The notes under the pieces were generated by a model that was not told where the DNA came from, ran no database searches, and saw only the letters and a list, made by a program, of their open reading frames with translations. Shown here one piece after another: positions 63,478 to 64,000 of a stretch of 64,000 nucleotides of DNA. Where the stretch lies: the NCBI GenBank assembly GCA_018303825.1, contig JAGVXK010000020.1:8569-72568 (forward strand), given 5' to 3'. Position 1 is the stretch's first letter, and the number at the start of each line of letters is the position of its first letter. The position numbers and the translations under genes are program-made. The DNA comes from Candidatus Pacearchaeota archaeon (lineage in GTDB: Archaea > Nanobdellota > Nanobdellia > Pacearchaeales > GW2011-AR1).

Positions 63478-64000
63478 AAGTTTTTGCTAAATCTTCTGTT
63501 TAAAAATACTTCGGTTGGTTCCCTTCATCTTTTAAAATTAATTAAAAGATTACTATGAAACCAGCTGACTTCCTCTCGACTAATCTTGAGTAGGATCTCC
63601 TTGGGTCACTTTGTTTTCTATTTCATCCATTCAAGTTAACGATTTTTTGTTTAACTTCCATCTATCACCGACCCGACTAGATGTCGTTAATCGTTGATTA
63701 CCTATTACTAGGTACTAGACTGGATTTTGTCTTGAGCCCTTCATCTTTACCATTACTGATAACGACTGCTCTAAACTAAATTATTTTTTCTGCACTAATT
63801 ACATTTTGGTTTTGAAAAAATAACTACAAGAATTTCACTTGTTAGAATACAAAGCTGCCAAGCACATTTCTTTCGGTGAGTGCAAGGAGCATTGACTTAT
63901 TCACCGGACTCTAATAAAATCCGATTACTACGAATTCCAGCGTCATGAGGGTGAGTTGCAACCCTCAATCTGAACTAAGCTGCAGTTTATGAGATTAATG

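Larger units (their letters stand above)
63013..63874 (-). other. ~862-nt insertion in 16S rRNA within the CACACACC/GCCCGUC decoding-centre sequence
   Basis: Universal 1392-1406 sequence is split between ...CACTCACC and GCCCGTCA...; insertion is AT-rich with one 96-aa ORF. Confidence 0.7.
62892..64000 (-). rRNA. rrs: 16S rRNA, 3' part (continues past the window end), interrupted by an ~862-nt insertion
   Basis: 3' end ...GTCGTCACAAGGTATCCGTAGGGGAACCTGCGGATGGATCACCTCCT at 62892. GCCCGTCA (63005-63012) is separated from CCTTGCACTCACC (63875-63887) and GGTGAATAAGTCAATGCTCC. Confidence 0.9.

Overview
Visibly AT-rich, gene-dense segment of an archaeal chromosome; small overlapping genes and lineage-specific tails suggest a DPANN-like organism (inference). 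All calls come from reading the sequence and ORF track by eye, with no searches run. RNA, intron and repeat boundaries are approximate. Several track ORFs begin at TTG/GTG, and I moved those starts to the next ATG where sensible. Core archaeal genes: spt5-uL11, eL40, aIF5A, FtsZ, SecE, uL1-uL10(P0)-P1, KsgA, LysRS, Cbf5, TrmY, Hjc, eS19-eL39-eL31, PriS, tRNA-Pro, and tRNA-Ser with a canonical intron. A 16S-tRNAAla-23S operon lies on the minus strand. Accessory content: (1) A complete diversity-generating retroelement at 47.0-49.2 kb, comprising an RT, a 91-nt template repeat and a variable repeat inside a target gene. All 14 TR/VR mismatches fall at template adenines. The RT is split at a G10 tract. 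(2) A 10.4-kb operon-like cluster at 25.3-35.7 kb made of two paralogous modules. Each has a pilin-like protein followed by a giant Cys-rich surface protein with a Gly/Ala-rich hydrophobic core. The giant protein is one fused gene in module 1. In module 2 it is split in two, with an extra lipoprotein-like gene at the split point. (3) A bacterial-type sigma-70 factor and an M23 peptidase in archaeal context. (4) An rRNA operon with three large insertions that share sequence motifs. One carries a LAGLIDADG endonuclease and one sits in the 16S decoding-centre sequence. (5) A 4.2-kb segment bounded by inverted repeats, carrying an IS6-like transposase and a secreted Cys-rich repeat protein. No CRISPR array was seen.
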